Origin: Candidatus Eiseniibacteriota bacterium | GTDB lineage: Bacteria > Eisenbacteria > RBG-16-71-46 > CAZEPH01 | Direction of reading: 5' to 3' | NCBI GenBank assembly: GCA_044229145.1 | Contig: JBGATO010000005.1 | Span: 1-64,000, forward strand | Length of the DNA: 64,000 bases | In this document: piece after piece, positions 18,259 through 31,222 of the stretch | How the letters are laid out: the number at the start of each line of letters is the position of its first letter | Numbering within the stretch: the stretch's first letter is position 1 | Position numbers and translations under genes: made by a program | The notes under the pieces: model-generated | Told to the model about the DNA's origin: nothing | The model's input: only the letters and a program-made list of their open reading frames with translations | The model's database searches: none

Positions 18259-19540
18259 CTAGCTCGACGACAGGCCGGCTTCCTCGGGCGTGATCAGGTT
18301 GTGCACCTTGCGCGGGTGGGCCTTCCACGCGGTGTACGGCCGCGCCATCCAGCGCGCGAAGCCAAGACCGAGTTCGTACCAGTCGACGCCGTGCGGCGCC
18401 GGCACCAACTCCCGCGCTTCCTCCGGCTGCACGACGAGCGACACCTGGATGTCCTCGAGCACCCCGATCGGAATGCGCGCGCGGCGGCACGCTTCGTACT
18501 GATACGCCATGACCTCGCGCATCTCCTGCGGGTCCGGCGCCGGCCAGTCCTCCATCACCGAGCCGACGAGCGGACGGAAGATGCAGACGGTCGGGAACGC
18601 GCCGGTCTCGACGATGCGGTCGATGGCGCGCTTGGTGGCCTCGATCGGTTCGCAACCGGCGATGATCTCGCCGGACACGCGCCCCTTGCCCAGACGGCGC
18701 GACGTGTACTCCATCGCGGCGTAGAACGCGTCCTGCCCAAAGAAGCGCGCCTTGCCGGGACACAGCGCTTCGAAGATCTCCGGCGTTTCGAATTCGACGC
18801 AGAACGAGAAGTGATCCACGCCGACGTCGATCGCGTGGTCGTATTCGTCGAGCGAATCGCCGACCAACGGCGGCGCCTGCAGCCCGATGAAGCCCCCCAC
18901 CTGCTCGCGCACCGCAGTGATGTACGGCAATGCCTGCTGCAAACCGTGACCGTGGCGCTTCGACGGATCGTTCTCGTAGAGCAGCCGGTGTTGAAGTGCG
19001 TGAACACGACGCCGGATTCTTCGCGCGCCGCCCTGGCCACTTCGACGACGTCCTCCACCGTCTTCTTGCGCGCCTCGTTGGTGCCGACGTTGTGACCGGT
19101 GGTGCAGAAGCGGTGCAGTTCACCGGCTCCGCCGCGTGCCAGAAGCCGCACGGACTGCCGATGTAGATGCCGAGATACGTTCCCTGCAGAATGCCGACCC
19201 GCGACATCAGCTGCCCGCGCGAGGTGGTGCGGTCATACCACGCGGGCTCGGGCGGCAGGCGCACCGGATAGACATCGCCCGGATGCTCGGTGTCGGTGAT
19301 GAAGTGGCCGAGTCCGTCGGACTCCAGCGTGTACGGCGACCGTTGCGCGAACGGTTCGCTCACCGGCACGTTCGCCCAGATCTCGCGCGGTCCTGGATTG
19401 AGGACGATCTCGAGTCCCGAGCCGAGCCCCGCGCGGGTGCGCGTGATACTGCGGAGGGCATTCCACTCCGCTTCGAGTCCGGGACTCACAGCGAGACCGC
19501 GGCAGAAAAGCTCGATTTCCAGTTCCACCGGTTTCATCAT
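18259..19540 (-). CDS. Radical SAM protein (atypical Cx10Cx2C cluster motif) with two apparent frameshifts (sequencing error or pseudogene)
   Basis: Three ORF pieces join: ...ILQGTYLGIYIGSPCGFWHAAEPVNC | RFCTTGHNVG...HFNTG | LYENDP...SFCVEF...CPGK...SGEIIAG.E...FPTVCIFRPLVGS. Breaks near 19113 and 18983. Confidence 0.75.
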
Positions 19541-19736
19541 GGCGTCGTACCCTCGGGCGGCGGGTGGCAGGCGAACGTCGTTCCATTAGATGATCGCAAC
19601 TCGGCGTGAGGCGAACGAGGGGACCGTCGGCGCACCGCCGCTACTCCTTCGGGCGAATCTGCGGTCGGCGCCGGATCCCGGCGCGGCGCCCCGGCATCTC
19701 ACGGGCGAGATGGCGCAACCTCAACGAGGAGACGCG

Positions 19737-22270
19737 ATGAGCGCGATGGTCACGGATCCGGTCTGCGGCATGACGTTCGCTCCGGAGGACGCGGCGACGG
19801 CGGAGCACGACGGCCAGACCTACTATTGCTGCCACCCGGGCTGCCGGGACGAATTCGTCGCCGATCCCGCGGCGGCATTGGCCCCTGCCGCGCCGTCGCT
19901 GGTCATGCCGATGATGCCGGCACCTCCTGCCTTGCCGGCCATTCCGATCCTCCAACCCTCCGCCCCGGCCACGCGCGTCACCGATCCGGTGTGCCGGAAT
20001 GCAGATCGACCTGGGCCGCGGCCGCGGCCGACCTCGAGCACGACGGCGTGCACTACTGGTTCTGCGCGGTGCGCTGCGCCGAGCGCTTCCGCGCCGCGCC
20101 GGAGCGCTACCTCTCGCCCACCGTGGAGGCGCCGACCGGCGGCGACACCGCCGAGTACACCTGCCCGATGCACCCCGAGATCCGCCAGATCGGCCCCGGC
20201 CCCTGCCCGCTGTGCGGCATGGCGCTCGAGCCCGCGCTGCCGAGTGCCGAGGACGCGCCGAGCGAGGAAGAGCGCGACATGACGCGGCGGCTGTGGATCT
20301 CGGCGCTGTTCAGCGTGCCGCTGGTCGCCGGCTCGATGGCGGCGATGGCACCGCACAGTCCGCTCATGCACCTGATGGACAGCCCGGCGGGACGCTGGGG
20401 CGGCGCGGTGCTCGCCGCGCCGGTCGTGCTGTGGGCTGCGTGGCCGTTCTGGCAGCGGGCGGTGGAGTCGGTGCGCCAGCGCTCGGCGAACATGTTCACG
20501 TTGATCGCGCTCGGGGTGGGCGCGGCGTTCGCCGGGTCGATGGTGTCACTGCTCGCGCCGCACGTGGTGGCTGGCGTCACCGGCGGCATGCCACCGCTCT
20601 ACTTCGAGGCGTCGGCCGCCATCATCACGCTGGTCCTGCTCGGGCAGGTGCTGGAGTTGCGCGCGCGCCGGCGCACTGGAGATGCCATCCGCCGGCTGCT
20701 CGCGCTCACGCCCGACACCGCGCGCGTGGTCGGCGGCGATGGCATCGAGCACGACGTGCCGCTGGCCGACCTCCACACCGGCGTCCGCGTCCGCGTGCGC
20801 CCCGGCGAGCGCGTGCCGGTGGACGGTGTCATCGAGGAAGGCACGAGCGCGCTGGACGAGTCGATGCTCACCGGCGAACCGCTCGCGGTGGATCGCGCGG
20901 CCGGCGACGCGGTGCGCGCCGGCACCGTGAACGGCACCGGCTCGCTCATCGTCCGCGCGACCGAGGTCGGGGGCGACACCGTGCTCGCGCACATCGTGCG
21001 GCTGGTCGCCGAAGCGCAGCGCAGCCGCGCACCGGTGCAAGCGCTCGCCGACCGCGTGGCCGCCGTGTTCGTGCCGGTCGTGGTCGCCGTGTCACTGCTC
21101 ACCGCCGCCGTGTGGGCTCTCGTCGGCCCCGAGCCGCGCCTCGTCCACGCTCTCGTCAATGCGGTCGCCGTGTTGATCATTGCGTGTCCCTGCGCGCTTG
21201 GGTTGGCGACGCCGATGGCCGTGATGGTTGCGGTGGGGCGCGGCAGCCAGCTCGGCGTCCTCGTGCGCAACGCCGAAGCGCTCGAACGCTTGGCGACCGT
21301 CGATGTGATCGCACTCGACAAGACCGGCACGCTGACGCGCGGCACACCGTCCGTGACGGCGGTGTTCGCGGACGAGAGCGTCACCGACGGCGACGTACTC
21401 GCGGCGGCCGCCGCGGTCGAGAGCGCGAGCGAGCACCCGCTCGCCGCCGCGATCGTGGAGGCAGCGCGCACGCGCGGCGTGACGTTCGCCGCGGCACGCG
21501 ATGTCGATGCCGACGCCGGCCTCGGCGTGCGCGGGGTCACCGGCGATGAGCAGGTGCTCGCCGGACGCGACACGTACCTCGCCGCGCGCGGACTGCGGAT
21601 CGAGGAGGGTGCCGCGTGGGTCGCGAGTGCACTCGCGGCACGCAGCGAGGGCTCGACGCTCGTGTGGGTGGCGCGTGGCGGACACGTGCTCGGCGCGATC
21701 GCCCTCACCGACACCCTGCGCCCCGACGCCGCGGCCACCGTGCGCGCGTTGCGCGATGCCGGGCTGCGCGTGGTCATGCTCACCGGCGATCACGAAGCGT
21801 CGGCACTCGCCATCGCGCGCGGCGCCGGACTCGACGCGGTCGACGTGCGCGCCGGCCTGTCGCCCGCCGACAAGGCCGCGGCGCTCGACACGCTCGCGGC
21901 CGGCGGGGCGCGCGTCGCCATGGTCGGCGACGGCATCAACGACGCACCCGCCCTCGCCCGCGCCGCGGTCGGCATCGCGATGGGCGGCGGCACCGACATC
22001 GCCCTGCACACCGCCGGCATCACGCTGCTCGGCGGCGACCTCGCCGGTGTCGTGCGCGCGCGTCGTCTGGCGCTGGCGACGATGCGCGGCGTGCGGCAGA
22101 ACCTCGCGCTGGCGTTCGGCTACAACGTGCTGGCGATTCCGCTCGCGGCGGGTGCGCTGTATCCGTGGACCGGCATGCTACTCAGCCCGATTTGGGCGAG
22201 CGCGGCGATGAGCCTGAGTTCGGTGAGCGTGATTGGGAATGCGCTGCGGCTGCGACGGGCGGCCCTGTGA
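19737..22270 (+). CDS. copA: Cu(I)-translocating P1B-type ATPase with two YHS domains, two apparent frameshifts near 19995 and 20014
   Basis: DPVCGM twice (second restored by removing one base), YTCPMHP...[40 protein letters not shown] and MSLSS. GAGGAG SD. Confidence 0.9.
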
Positions 22271-23920
22271 CGGCGTCAGGTTAGGCTTCGCCCCGAGCAG
22301 GATGGCCAACTCCGTTCCGACATCCTCCGCGCGCACGCAGGGGAGACGACGGCCGCGGGTGACGCCCGGGCCCGCGAGAATGTACGGCACGCGTATCTGA
22401 TCGGCACGCAATCCGCCGTGGCCGCCGCGGTAGTTGCCGACGACGAGTTCGTAGTCTTCTGCCAGATCGTAGCCGGGCTTGGCGGTGACGACGAGGTCGC
22501 CACAGTCGGGTGCCGCAAGCAATCGATGGAGACGAATCGGCGCGTAGGGGTAGTCCGTGCCGTGCGTCGCACGCAGCCAGGAATACGGCGAATGAAAGCC
22601 GCCGTCGAGCAGCGGCGTCACGCGCGCATCGCCGGCGTAGCCGAGCGGATCGACACCCGTCGACACGTACCGCACGTCCGCCCCATCCGCCTCGATCCTG
22701 CCCGCGCCTGCCGGGCTCCGCACCACCGTGCCGCCACTACTGTCGCGATACGCGACCAACTCCACACCCTCGATCGCGAGCACCGCGTCGACGAGATTCA
22801 CCGGTGCGCCTCCGCGCGGCAATGGATACGCCGCGAGCTGCCGCGCATCGAGCCGGTGCCGGAAGCCTTCGACGCCCGCGTAGCCCGGGTGCCGGAAGTA
22901 GAGGTAGTTGAGCGTGTTCCCATTCACCGCGACGATGCCGTCGACACCCGCATACTCGTCGAGCGGCCGGTCGAGCGCGCTGGTCCAGAGATTCGTCGCG
23001 TGATCGCGGTCGAGCCGCACACCGCACCGCGCCCGGAGTGCCGCCGCGAGGTCTACATTGCGGCTGATGTCGGCAACGCCGTGATCGCTGAGCACGGCGT
23101 AGATCCGCTGACCCTCGAGGCCGAGCCGCGCGCTCTCCGCGCGGTACGCACCGATCAGCGTGTCGATGTGACGCACGAGCGCCACGTACGTCGAGTCGCA
23201 GCCGTGCATGTGATCGTACGCATCCGGCGACGCGAACGTGACCCACTGCACCTTTGGCTGGTACGCGAGGTCCGCGACCGCCGCCGCGATCACCTCGTCC
23301 TCGGCGCCCTTCCAATCCGGGGCGATGCGCGGGCCGACGAACGGAAGGCCGCCGAGCGCGCGCACGAACCACGTGTGATCGCGGTACTTCGCCATCGTGA
23401 ACGACCAGCCCCATGTGCCGTGACGCTTCGAGCCGCGATCGGCGTAGGTGTTGAACGAGGAGCTGCGCTGTGTGGGGAATCGCTCGAAGAGGGTCGGCAC
23501 ACCGGGCGTGAAGTCGTCGTTCATGTTCACGTTCGTGCGGCCGACATAGTTGCGCAAGTTGCCGCGCGGTGCCGCGCGATCGAACCAGCGCAGGCCGAGC
23601 ACGCCACTGTCCACCGCGTCGTGTCCCGTGAGCACGGGATAGAATGCGTAACCCGTCATGCTCGGGAACGCGGTGACGCCGTCTTCGACGTACGTGCCCT
23701 GGTCGATCAGCCGCTGCATCTCCGGCAGGTGGCCGGCGGCAAGTTCGTGGCGGAAGACCTCCTGCGAGAGGCCGTCGATGAGGAAGATCGTGAGATAGGG
23801 CGGCGTGCCAGGGCGCAGGGCGGGATCGTAGGGATCGCGCGGGCGCAAGCCCCACACCACGGCTGCCAGCAGCGGGACGAGCAGCCACCACGCGTGGCGC
23901 GCGGTGAGCCGGCGCCTCAC
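22178..23920 (-). CDS. Alkaline phosphatase superfamily / type I nucleotide pyrophosphatase-phosphodiesterase, membrane anchored
   Basis: N-terminal TM. IFLIDGL, FPSMT (Thr nucleophile), PDAYDH..G, VLSDHG, GGHGGL...VP motifs. GTGA-coupled start at 23920. Confidence 0.85.
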   Translation of the reverse strand: MRRRLTARHAWWLLVPLLAAVVWGLRPRDPYDPALRPGTPPYLTIFLIDGLSQEVFRHELAAGHLPEMQRLIDQGTYVEDGVTAFPSMTGYAFYPVLTGHDAVDSGVLGLRWFDRAAPRGNLRNYVGRTNVNMNDDFTPGVPTLFERFPTQRSSSFNTYADRGSKRHGTWGWSFTMAKYRDHTWFVRALGGLPFVGPRIAPDWKGAEDEVIAAAVADLAYQPKVQWVTFASPDAYDHMHGCDSTYVALVRHIDTLIGAYRAESARLGLEGQRIYAVLSDHGVADISRNVDLAAALRARCGVRLDRDHATNLWTSALDRPLDEYAGVDGIVAVNGNTLNYLYFRHPGYAGVEGFRHRLDARQLAAYPLPRGGAPVNLVDAVLAIEGVELVAYRDSSGGTVVRSPAGAGRIEADGADVRYVSTGVDPLGYAGDARVTPLLDGGFHSPYSWLRATHGTDYPYAPIRLHRLLAAPDCGDLVVTAKPGYDLAEDYELVVGNYRGGHGGLRADQIRVPYILAGPGVTRGRRLPCVRAEDVGTELAILLGAKPNLTPSQGRPSQPQRIPNHAHRTQAHRRARPNRAE

Positions 23921-24057
23921 GCGCGCTCGACCGTCGGCGTCAGGATCTCCGGCGTCTCGCGAGAGCGGATGCACGAGCCCGCGTGCTCCCTGTCCGTGAT
24001 CGCCGCCCTCGTCGCTGGCGCAGGTCCGCGAGTCGTGATGCGTGCGTCGACGGTCAT
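23917..24057 (-). CDS. 46-aa small protein of unknown function
   Basis: Strong SD GGGAGGAG. ATGA overlap with the HD gene stop and GTGA overlap with the phosphodiesterase start. Confidence 0.5.
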   Translation of the reverse strand: MTVDARITTRGPAPATRAAITDREHAGSCIRSRETPEILTPTVERA

Positions 24058-24554
24058 GGCTCCTCCCTGCGAGACGTCACACGGCCGCCGGTACTCAGCG
24101 ACACCGCCCACGCGATCATCGCCGGATCCTGCGCCGCTGGCGTGCACAACCGTCGCGGATCGGGGAGCACGCCAATGCGCCCGAGATCGAGGCGATCGGC
24201 ATCCCAGCACGTGGCGATGGTCGGGTCCGCGTGCGACAGGCCGTGGCTGTTGTGCCCCTCGCAGGCGGTCGTGAGTTGCGCGAGCGCCACGGCATCGAGA
24301 CCCAGCACGTCCGCATTGAGCGACTCCGCGAAACGCGCCGCGCGGAGGCCGTGCGCGGGATCCTGCACCTCGGCGTCCCGACACGCATCGTGCAGGAACG
24401 CGAAGAGTTCGACAACCGCCGGCGAGGCGCCGGTGTCGGCGGCGAGCCGCAGGCCGATGCGCCGCACCCGCGCCCAGTGCGGCGCGCCGTGGATGCCGCG
24501 CCAGTCGAGAGCGAAGCGGGCGCGGAGGCGGCGGATCAAGGACATGTGGATCAT
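24054..24554 (-). CDS. HD-domain phosphohydrolase
   Basis: GIHGAPHWARV...FAFLHDACR...HG...H...CWDADRLDLGR (H-HD-D pattern). Confidence 0.85.
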   Translation of the reverse strand: MIHMSLIRRLRARFALDWRGIHGAPHWARVRRIGLRLAADTGASPAVVELFAFLHDACRDAEVQDPAHGLRAARFAESLNADVLGLDAVALAQLTTACEGHNSHGLSHADPTIATCWDADRLDLGRIGVLPDPRRLCTPAAQDPAMIAWAVSLSTGGRVTSRREEP

Positions 24555-24591
24555 CTTGCGCCTGCGGCGGTGGTCATCGCACCGGCGCCCC

Positions 24592-25068
24592 CTACCCTCC
24601 CAACGCCCCCTTGACCAACCGGCTCACCACCGCGCCGTCCGCCGTCGCGCCGTCGCTGCGCGCCGCCACGGCCGCCTTCACAGCGCCCATGACCTTCCCC
24701 ATGTCCTTCGGGGACGCCGCGCCGGTGGACGCGATCGCCTCCGCGACGATCGCCTTCAGCGTCTCTTCGTCGAGCTCCGCCGGCAGGTAACGCGACGTCA
24801 CCTCCAGCTCCTGGCGTTCCGCGTCGATGCCCTCGGTGCGTCCGAGCCGCGTCAGTTCCTCGATCGTCTCCTTGCGCTTCTTCGCGTAGCGCAGCAGCAC
24901 GTCGCGCTCTTCCTCGAGCGACATCGCGGCATCGCGCGCCTTCTTGACCTTCGCCTCGAGCAAGGCCGCCTTGAGCATGCGCAGCGTGGAAAGCGTGACC
25001 GAGTCGCGCGCCTTCATCGCCGCGACCATGTCAGTTTCGATTCGTTGGAGGTAGGAGACGTCGGACAT
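24592..25068 (-). CDS. yqeY: GatB/YqeY domain protein
   Basis: DMVAAMKARD..TLSTLRMLKAAL...KKRKETIE...YLPAEL...GAASPKDMGKVMG...ADGAVVSRLVK. Confidence 0.9.
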   Translation of the reverse strand: MSDVSYLQRIETDMVAAMKARDSVTLSTLRMLKAALLEAKVKKARDAAMSLEEERDVLLRYAKKRKETIEELTRLGRTEGIDAERQELEVTSRYLPAELDEETLKAIVAEAIASTGAASPKDMGKVMGAVKAAVAARSDGATADGAVVSRLVKGALGG

Positions 25069-25094
25069 CGTGGGGATCCTTTCGTCGTGATCGG

Positions 25095-25973
25095 TCAGCG
25101 CGCCAGGCGCGCGCGGGTGGCCAGCAGCTGCGCCCAGGCGTGCAGCGAATTCTTGAGCGAGTCGCTCGGCATTTGGATGCCGAACCCGCGCAACGTGAGC
25201 GAAGTGCGGGTGTAGGTCGACGAGTGCAAGTCGCCGTCGGAGCGAATCGACGTGAAGGTTTGGCACGAGTCGACCCACTGGTAGATGTTGGCGAGATCGT
25301 TGGCGGCCAGCCAGCTGTTGGAGGGCCGGAACCCCTTGCGGCAACTGAACACCGAGACCTGGCCGGCGTACGTGATGGCGACGGTGTCGCATACGCCGGA
25401 CTCCGCGCCGCCGCCGTTCACCCAGATGAACATGAGCGGATTGAACGGGCCTTCGACGGTGTCGGGGACAGCGGTGGCGGCGGTGCTCACCAGCCAGCTG
25501 GTGGCGGCGCGGCGCTCGGCGCGTGTCGCACCGCCGGTGCCGCGGCCATGCACGACGAGGCGAAAGTGGGGCGCATCCACGGTGGAATCGGCGATCTGGC
25601 CGTAGGTGTCGAGGAAGTGCTTGAGCTCGCCGCGCCGCTCGACGGGCAGGGCGAAGCGCAGGACGGAGTGGTTGTAGACCCCGGTGACGGTGCCTTCGAT
25701 GTCGACGTGGACGGAATCGCGGCCGTCGTCGCGATCGCGCGCCCATAGCATCGCGGTGGGCACTTGGCGAATGGCGGAGACCCGCGGGTCCACCCAGCGG
25801 CGAGCGCGCTTGTGGCGGACGGCCCGGGTGGATTTCTTCTTCTTGGCGCGGGCAGTGGCAGACTCCGCGCTGGCTCCGGCGGCGAGGGCGCCAGCGGCGA
25901 CCAGCAGGGCAATGCCGACGGTGCTGCACACGAGGCGGCGCAGCCGGGTGAGACGGGCGGTGGCGATCAGCAT
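25095..25973 (-). CDS. Secreted hypothetical protein
   Basis: Signal-peptide-like N-terminus (…VGIALLVAAGALAAGASA) followed by a Lys/Arg-rich segment. Heads the yqeY-HD operon. No family recognised. Confidence 0.6.
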   Translation of the reverse strand: MLIATARLTRLRRLVCSTVGIALLVAAGALAAGASAESATARAKKKKSTRAVRHKRARRWVDPRVSAIRQVPTAMLWARDRDDGRDSVHVDIEGTVTGVYNHSVLRFALPVERRGELKHFLDTYGQIADSTVDAPHFRLVVHGRGTGGATRAERRAATSWLVSTAATAVPDTVEGPFNPLMFIWVNGGGAESGVCDTVAITYAGQVSVFSCRKGFRPSNSWLAANDLANIYQWVDSCQTFTSIRSDGDLHSSTYTRTSLTLRGFGIQMPSDSLKNSLHAWAQLLATRARLAR

Positions 25974-26085
25974 GGCGGGACTCTCGCCCGAGCCGCTCCC
26001 GAGCGTCAAGCGGGGCCGCACGGACCGCGCCGGCGGCGGGCCTGGCGCGTTGACGGACGGGGGACGGTCCCGCATAGTGGGCGGC

Positions 26086-27522
26086 GTGACAACACCTTCA
26101 GCAGACAAGAGTGGTGGACGCCGCCGGCGAGGCGGGCGCGGACGCGGGCGTGGCAAGCCCGCCGCCACAAGTGCGGTGGCCCTCGAGGCCGCCGATGACG
26201 CGATCGTGGCGGACGCCCCCGACCTCGACGAAATCCCCGCCGACACTAGCGACGACGTCGAAGAGGTCGAAAGCTTCGAGACCATGGGGCTCTCCCCCGC
26301 GGTCCTCGCGGTGATCGTCGACGCGGGCTGGACCAAGCCGACGCCGATCCAGGCGCGATCGATTCCGCCGGCGCTGCAAGGACTCGACGTGATCGGGACC
26401 GCGCAGACCGGCACCGGCAAGACCGGCGCCTTCGTGTTGCCGATGGTCCACCGCCTCATGCTCACCATCAAGCCGCGCACCCGCACCGCCGAGCAGAAGG
26501 CGATGTTGCCACCGAGGGGCATCGTCATCCGCTACGGCGGCATCGGCGTGCGCACCGACGGCCCGGTCATCAAACCGAACGAGGAGATCGATCCGACGTT
26601 GCGGGCACGGCCGCGTGGCCTGGTGCTTGCCCCCACCCGCGAACTCGCGCAGCAGACCTACGACCAGGCCGTCCGCTTCGGGAAGCCGCAGGGCATCGCG
26701 TCCGTCGTGCTGGTGGGCGGCGTGCCGCTCTCGCCGCAGTCGCGCGCGCTGGTCGACGATCCCGAGATCGTGGTCGCCACGCCGGGCCGTCTGCTCGACC
26801 ACATCGAGCGCGGCACGATGACCCTCGACGGCGTCGAGATCCTGGTGCTCGACGAAGCCGACCGCATGCTCGACATGGGTTTTTCGGATCAGATCGATCT
26901 CATTCTCGAAGGCGTGCCGTCGTCACGGCAGACGCTGTTGTTCTCGGCGACGATGCCGCCGGGCATCGCCCACATGTCGCGGACGCGGATGAAGGATCCG
27001 GTGCGGATTCAGGTCGGGCTCAACACGACACCGCCAGCACGTACCGAACAGGCCGTGTATCTCGCGAAGGGGCACGACGAGAAGACGTCGCTCTTGCTGC
27101 GCCTGCTCGAGGTGGAGCGCGGCAGCGTGCTGGTGTTCTGCCGCACCAAGAGCCGCGCCGAGAAGCTGGCGCAGACGCTGCGTCAGCACAATTTCCATGC
27201 GGCACGCATCCACTCGGACCTCACGCAGGGCCAGCGCGAGCGCGCGCTCGACGGCTTCCGCACGGGGTACTACCGCATCCTCGTCGCCACCGACGTCGCG
27301 TCGCGTGGCATCGACATCGACCACATCGCGCACGTGGTGAACTACGACCTGCCGCTGTCGCCGGAGGACTACGTCCACCGCGTCGGCCGCACCGCGCGCG
27401 CCGAACGCAGCGGCCGCGCGACCTCGTTCGCGGCGCCGGACGAACGCAAGCAGCTCGCGGCCATCGAGTCGGCCATCGGCCAGCAGGTCCCGCGCGTCAC
27501 CAAGATGCAGCGTTCGTCGTAG
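26086..27522 (+). CDS. DEAD-box ATP-dependent RNA helicase (RhlE-like)
   Basis: Q motif PTPIQ, AQTGTGKT, PTRELA, TPGRL, DEAD, SAT, ASRGID, HRVGRTAR. Start inferred from promoter TTGACG-N17-CATAGT-N7-GTG. Confidence 0.93.
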   Translation: MTTPSADKSGGRRRRGGRGRGRGKPAATSAVALEAADDAIVADAPDLDEIPADTSDDVEEVESFETMGLSPAVLAVIVDAGWTKPTPIQARSIPPALQGLDVIGTAQTGTGKTGAFVLPMVHRLMLTIKPRTRTAEQKAMLPPRGIVIRYGGIGVRTDGPVIKPNEEIDPTLRARPRGLVLAPTRELAQQTYDQAVRFGKPQGIASVVLVGGVPLSPQSRALVDDPEIVVATPGRLLDHIERGTMTLDGVEILVLDEADRMLDMGFSDQIDLILEGVPSSRQTLLFSATMPPGIAHMSRTRMKDPVRIQVGLNTTPPARTEQAVYLAKGHDEKTSLLLRLLEVERGSVLVFCRTKSRAEKLAQTLRQHNFHAARIHSDLTQGQRERALDGFRTGYYRILVATDVASRGIDIDHIAHVVNYDLPLSPEDYVHRVGRTARAERSGRATSFAAPDERKQLAAIESAIGQQVPRVTKMQRSS

Positions 27523-27541
27523 AGCACGGATTCCCTCGCCC

Positions 27542-29853
<2,312 letters not shown>

Positions 29854-29863
<10 letters not shown>

Positions 29864-30357
29864 ATTTCACCGTAAACGGCCGCCCGGTCGACGTCGACGT
29901 GCCGCCGATGACGCGATTGCTCGACGTGCTGCGCGAGGAGATCGGCCTCACGGGCACCAAGGAAGGTTGCGGCGAAGGTGAATGCGGCGCCTGCACGGTG
30001 ACGCTCGATGGCGTGCCGGTGGTGAGCTGCCTGGTGCCGGTGGTGCAGGTCCAGGGCGCGGCGGTGGGCACCGTCGAAGGGCTCGGCGCCGAGCGCGCGC
30101 TGGCCGCGGTGCAGGAAGCGTTTACCCACGGCGCGGCACAGTGTGGCATCTGCACGCCGGGGATTCTCGTCGCCGCGCAGGCGGCGATCGCCGCGACGCC
30201 GCAGCGTCTGACGCGCGAGCAGATCCGGACCGCTCTGGCCGGCAATCTGTGTCGCTGCACCGGCTACATGAAGATCATCGACGCGGTGGAAGCCGCCGAT
30301 GCCGCGGCCAAGCCACACGTGCCGTCCGCCGCGTCGCGAAAGGGTCGCCGTGCGTAG
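29854..30357 (+). CDS. Xanthine dehydrogenase family [2Fe-2S] subunit
   Basis: GTKEGCGEGECGACTV...SCL, QCGICTPG, GNLCRCTGY. Confidence 0.95.
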
Positions 30358-31222
30358 CCCGGTCTCCCAACTCGTGGTCGAGACGCCGACGTCGATGCGC
30401 GATGCGCTCGCCCGCCTGCAGCGCGGCGCCACCAGCGGCGCACCGCTTGCGCCGCTCGCCGGCGGCACCGATATCCTCGTCGACCTCGAAGGCGGCCGCG
30501 AAACCCGCACGCGCTTTCTCAACGTGTGGCCGTTGCGGCCAACGCGGCTCGTGTCCCGTTCTAGCGACGGCATCACGATCAGCGCGTTCGCCACGTTCTC
30601 CGAAATCGCCGGGCACACGCTGACCAAGGCGTATCCCATGCTGCGTGCCGCGGCGCGCGAGGTCGGGAGTTGGCAGATCCAGAATCGCGGCACACTCGGT
30701 GGCAACATCGCCAATGGATCGCCGGCAGGCGATTCGCTCCCGGTATTGTTGGCACTCGACGCGGAGATCGAACTCGCGTCGCGCAGCGGCACGCGGCGCG
30801 TGCCGTTCGCCACGTTCTACACGGGCTATCGCGCGACCGTGCGCCGGCCGGAAGAGTTGCTGGTCGCGGTGCACCTGCCGGCGGCGCCGCGCGACGGCGT
30901 GCAGTTCTTCCGCAAGGTCGGCACGCGACAAGCACAGGCGATCTCGAAGGTCGTCCTGGCGGGCGTGCTCACCGGCGGCGGGGAGACGGTGCGCGAGGCG
31001 CGGCTGGCGATCGGCAGTGTCGGCCCGACACCGCTGCGGCTGTCCGGCGTCGAGAGCGTGCTCACGGGTGCGCGGCTGGACGACGCGACGATCGCACGCG
31101 CGCTCGAGGCATTGGACGCCGCGATCGCCCCGATCGATGACATCCGCTCCGATGCGGCGTACCGGCGCGTGGTGGCGGGCAACACGCTGCGGCAATTCCT
31201 CGAGGTGGCGCGCTCAGCGTAG
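30350..31222 (+). CDS. Xanthine dehydrogenase family FAD-binding subunit
   Basis: LAGGTD, QIQNRGTLGGNIANGSPAGD, FRKVGTR.AQAISK, PIDDIRSDAAYR. Confidence 0.92.
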   Translation: MRSPVSQLVVETPTSMRDALARLQRGATSGAPLAPLAGGTDILVDLEGGRETRTRFLNVWPLRPTRLVSRSSDGITISAFATFSEIAGHTLTKAYPMLRAAAREVGSWQIQNRGTLGGNIANGSPAGDSLPVLLALDAEIELASRSGTRRVPFATFYTGYRATVRRPEELLVAVHLPAAPRDGVQFFRKVGTRQAQAISKVVLAGVLTGGGETVREARLAIGSVGPTPLRLSGVESVLTGARLDDATIARALEALDAAIAPIDDIRSDAAYRRVVAGNTLRQFLEVARSA

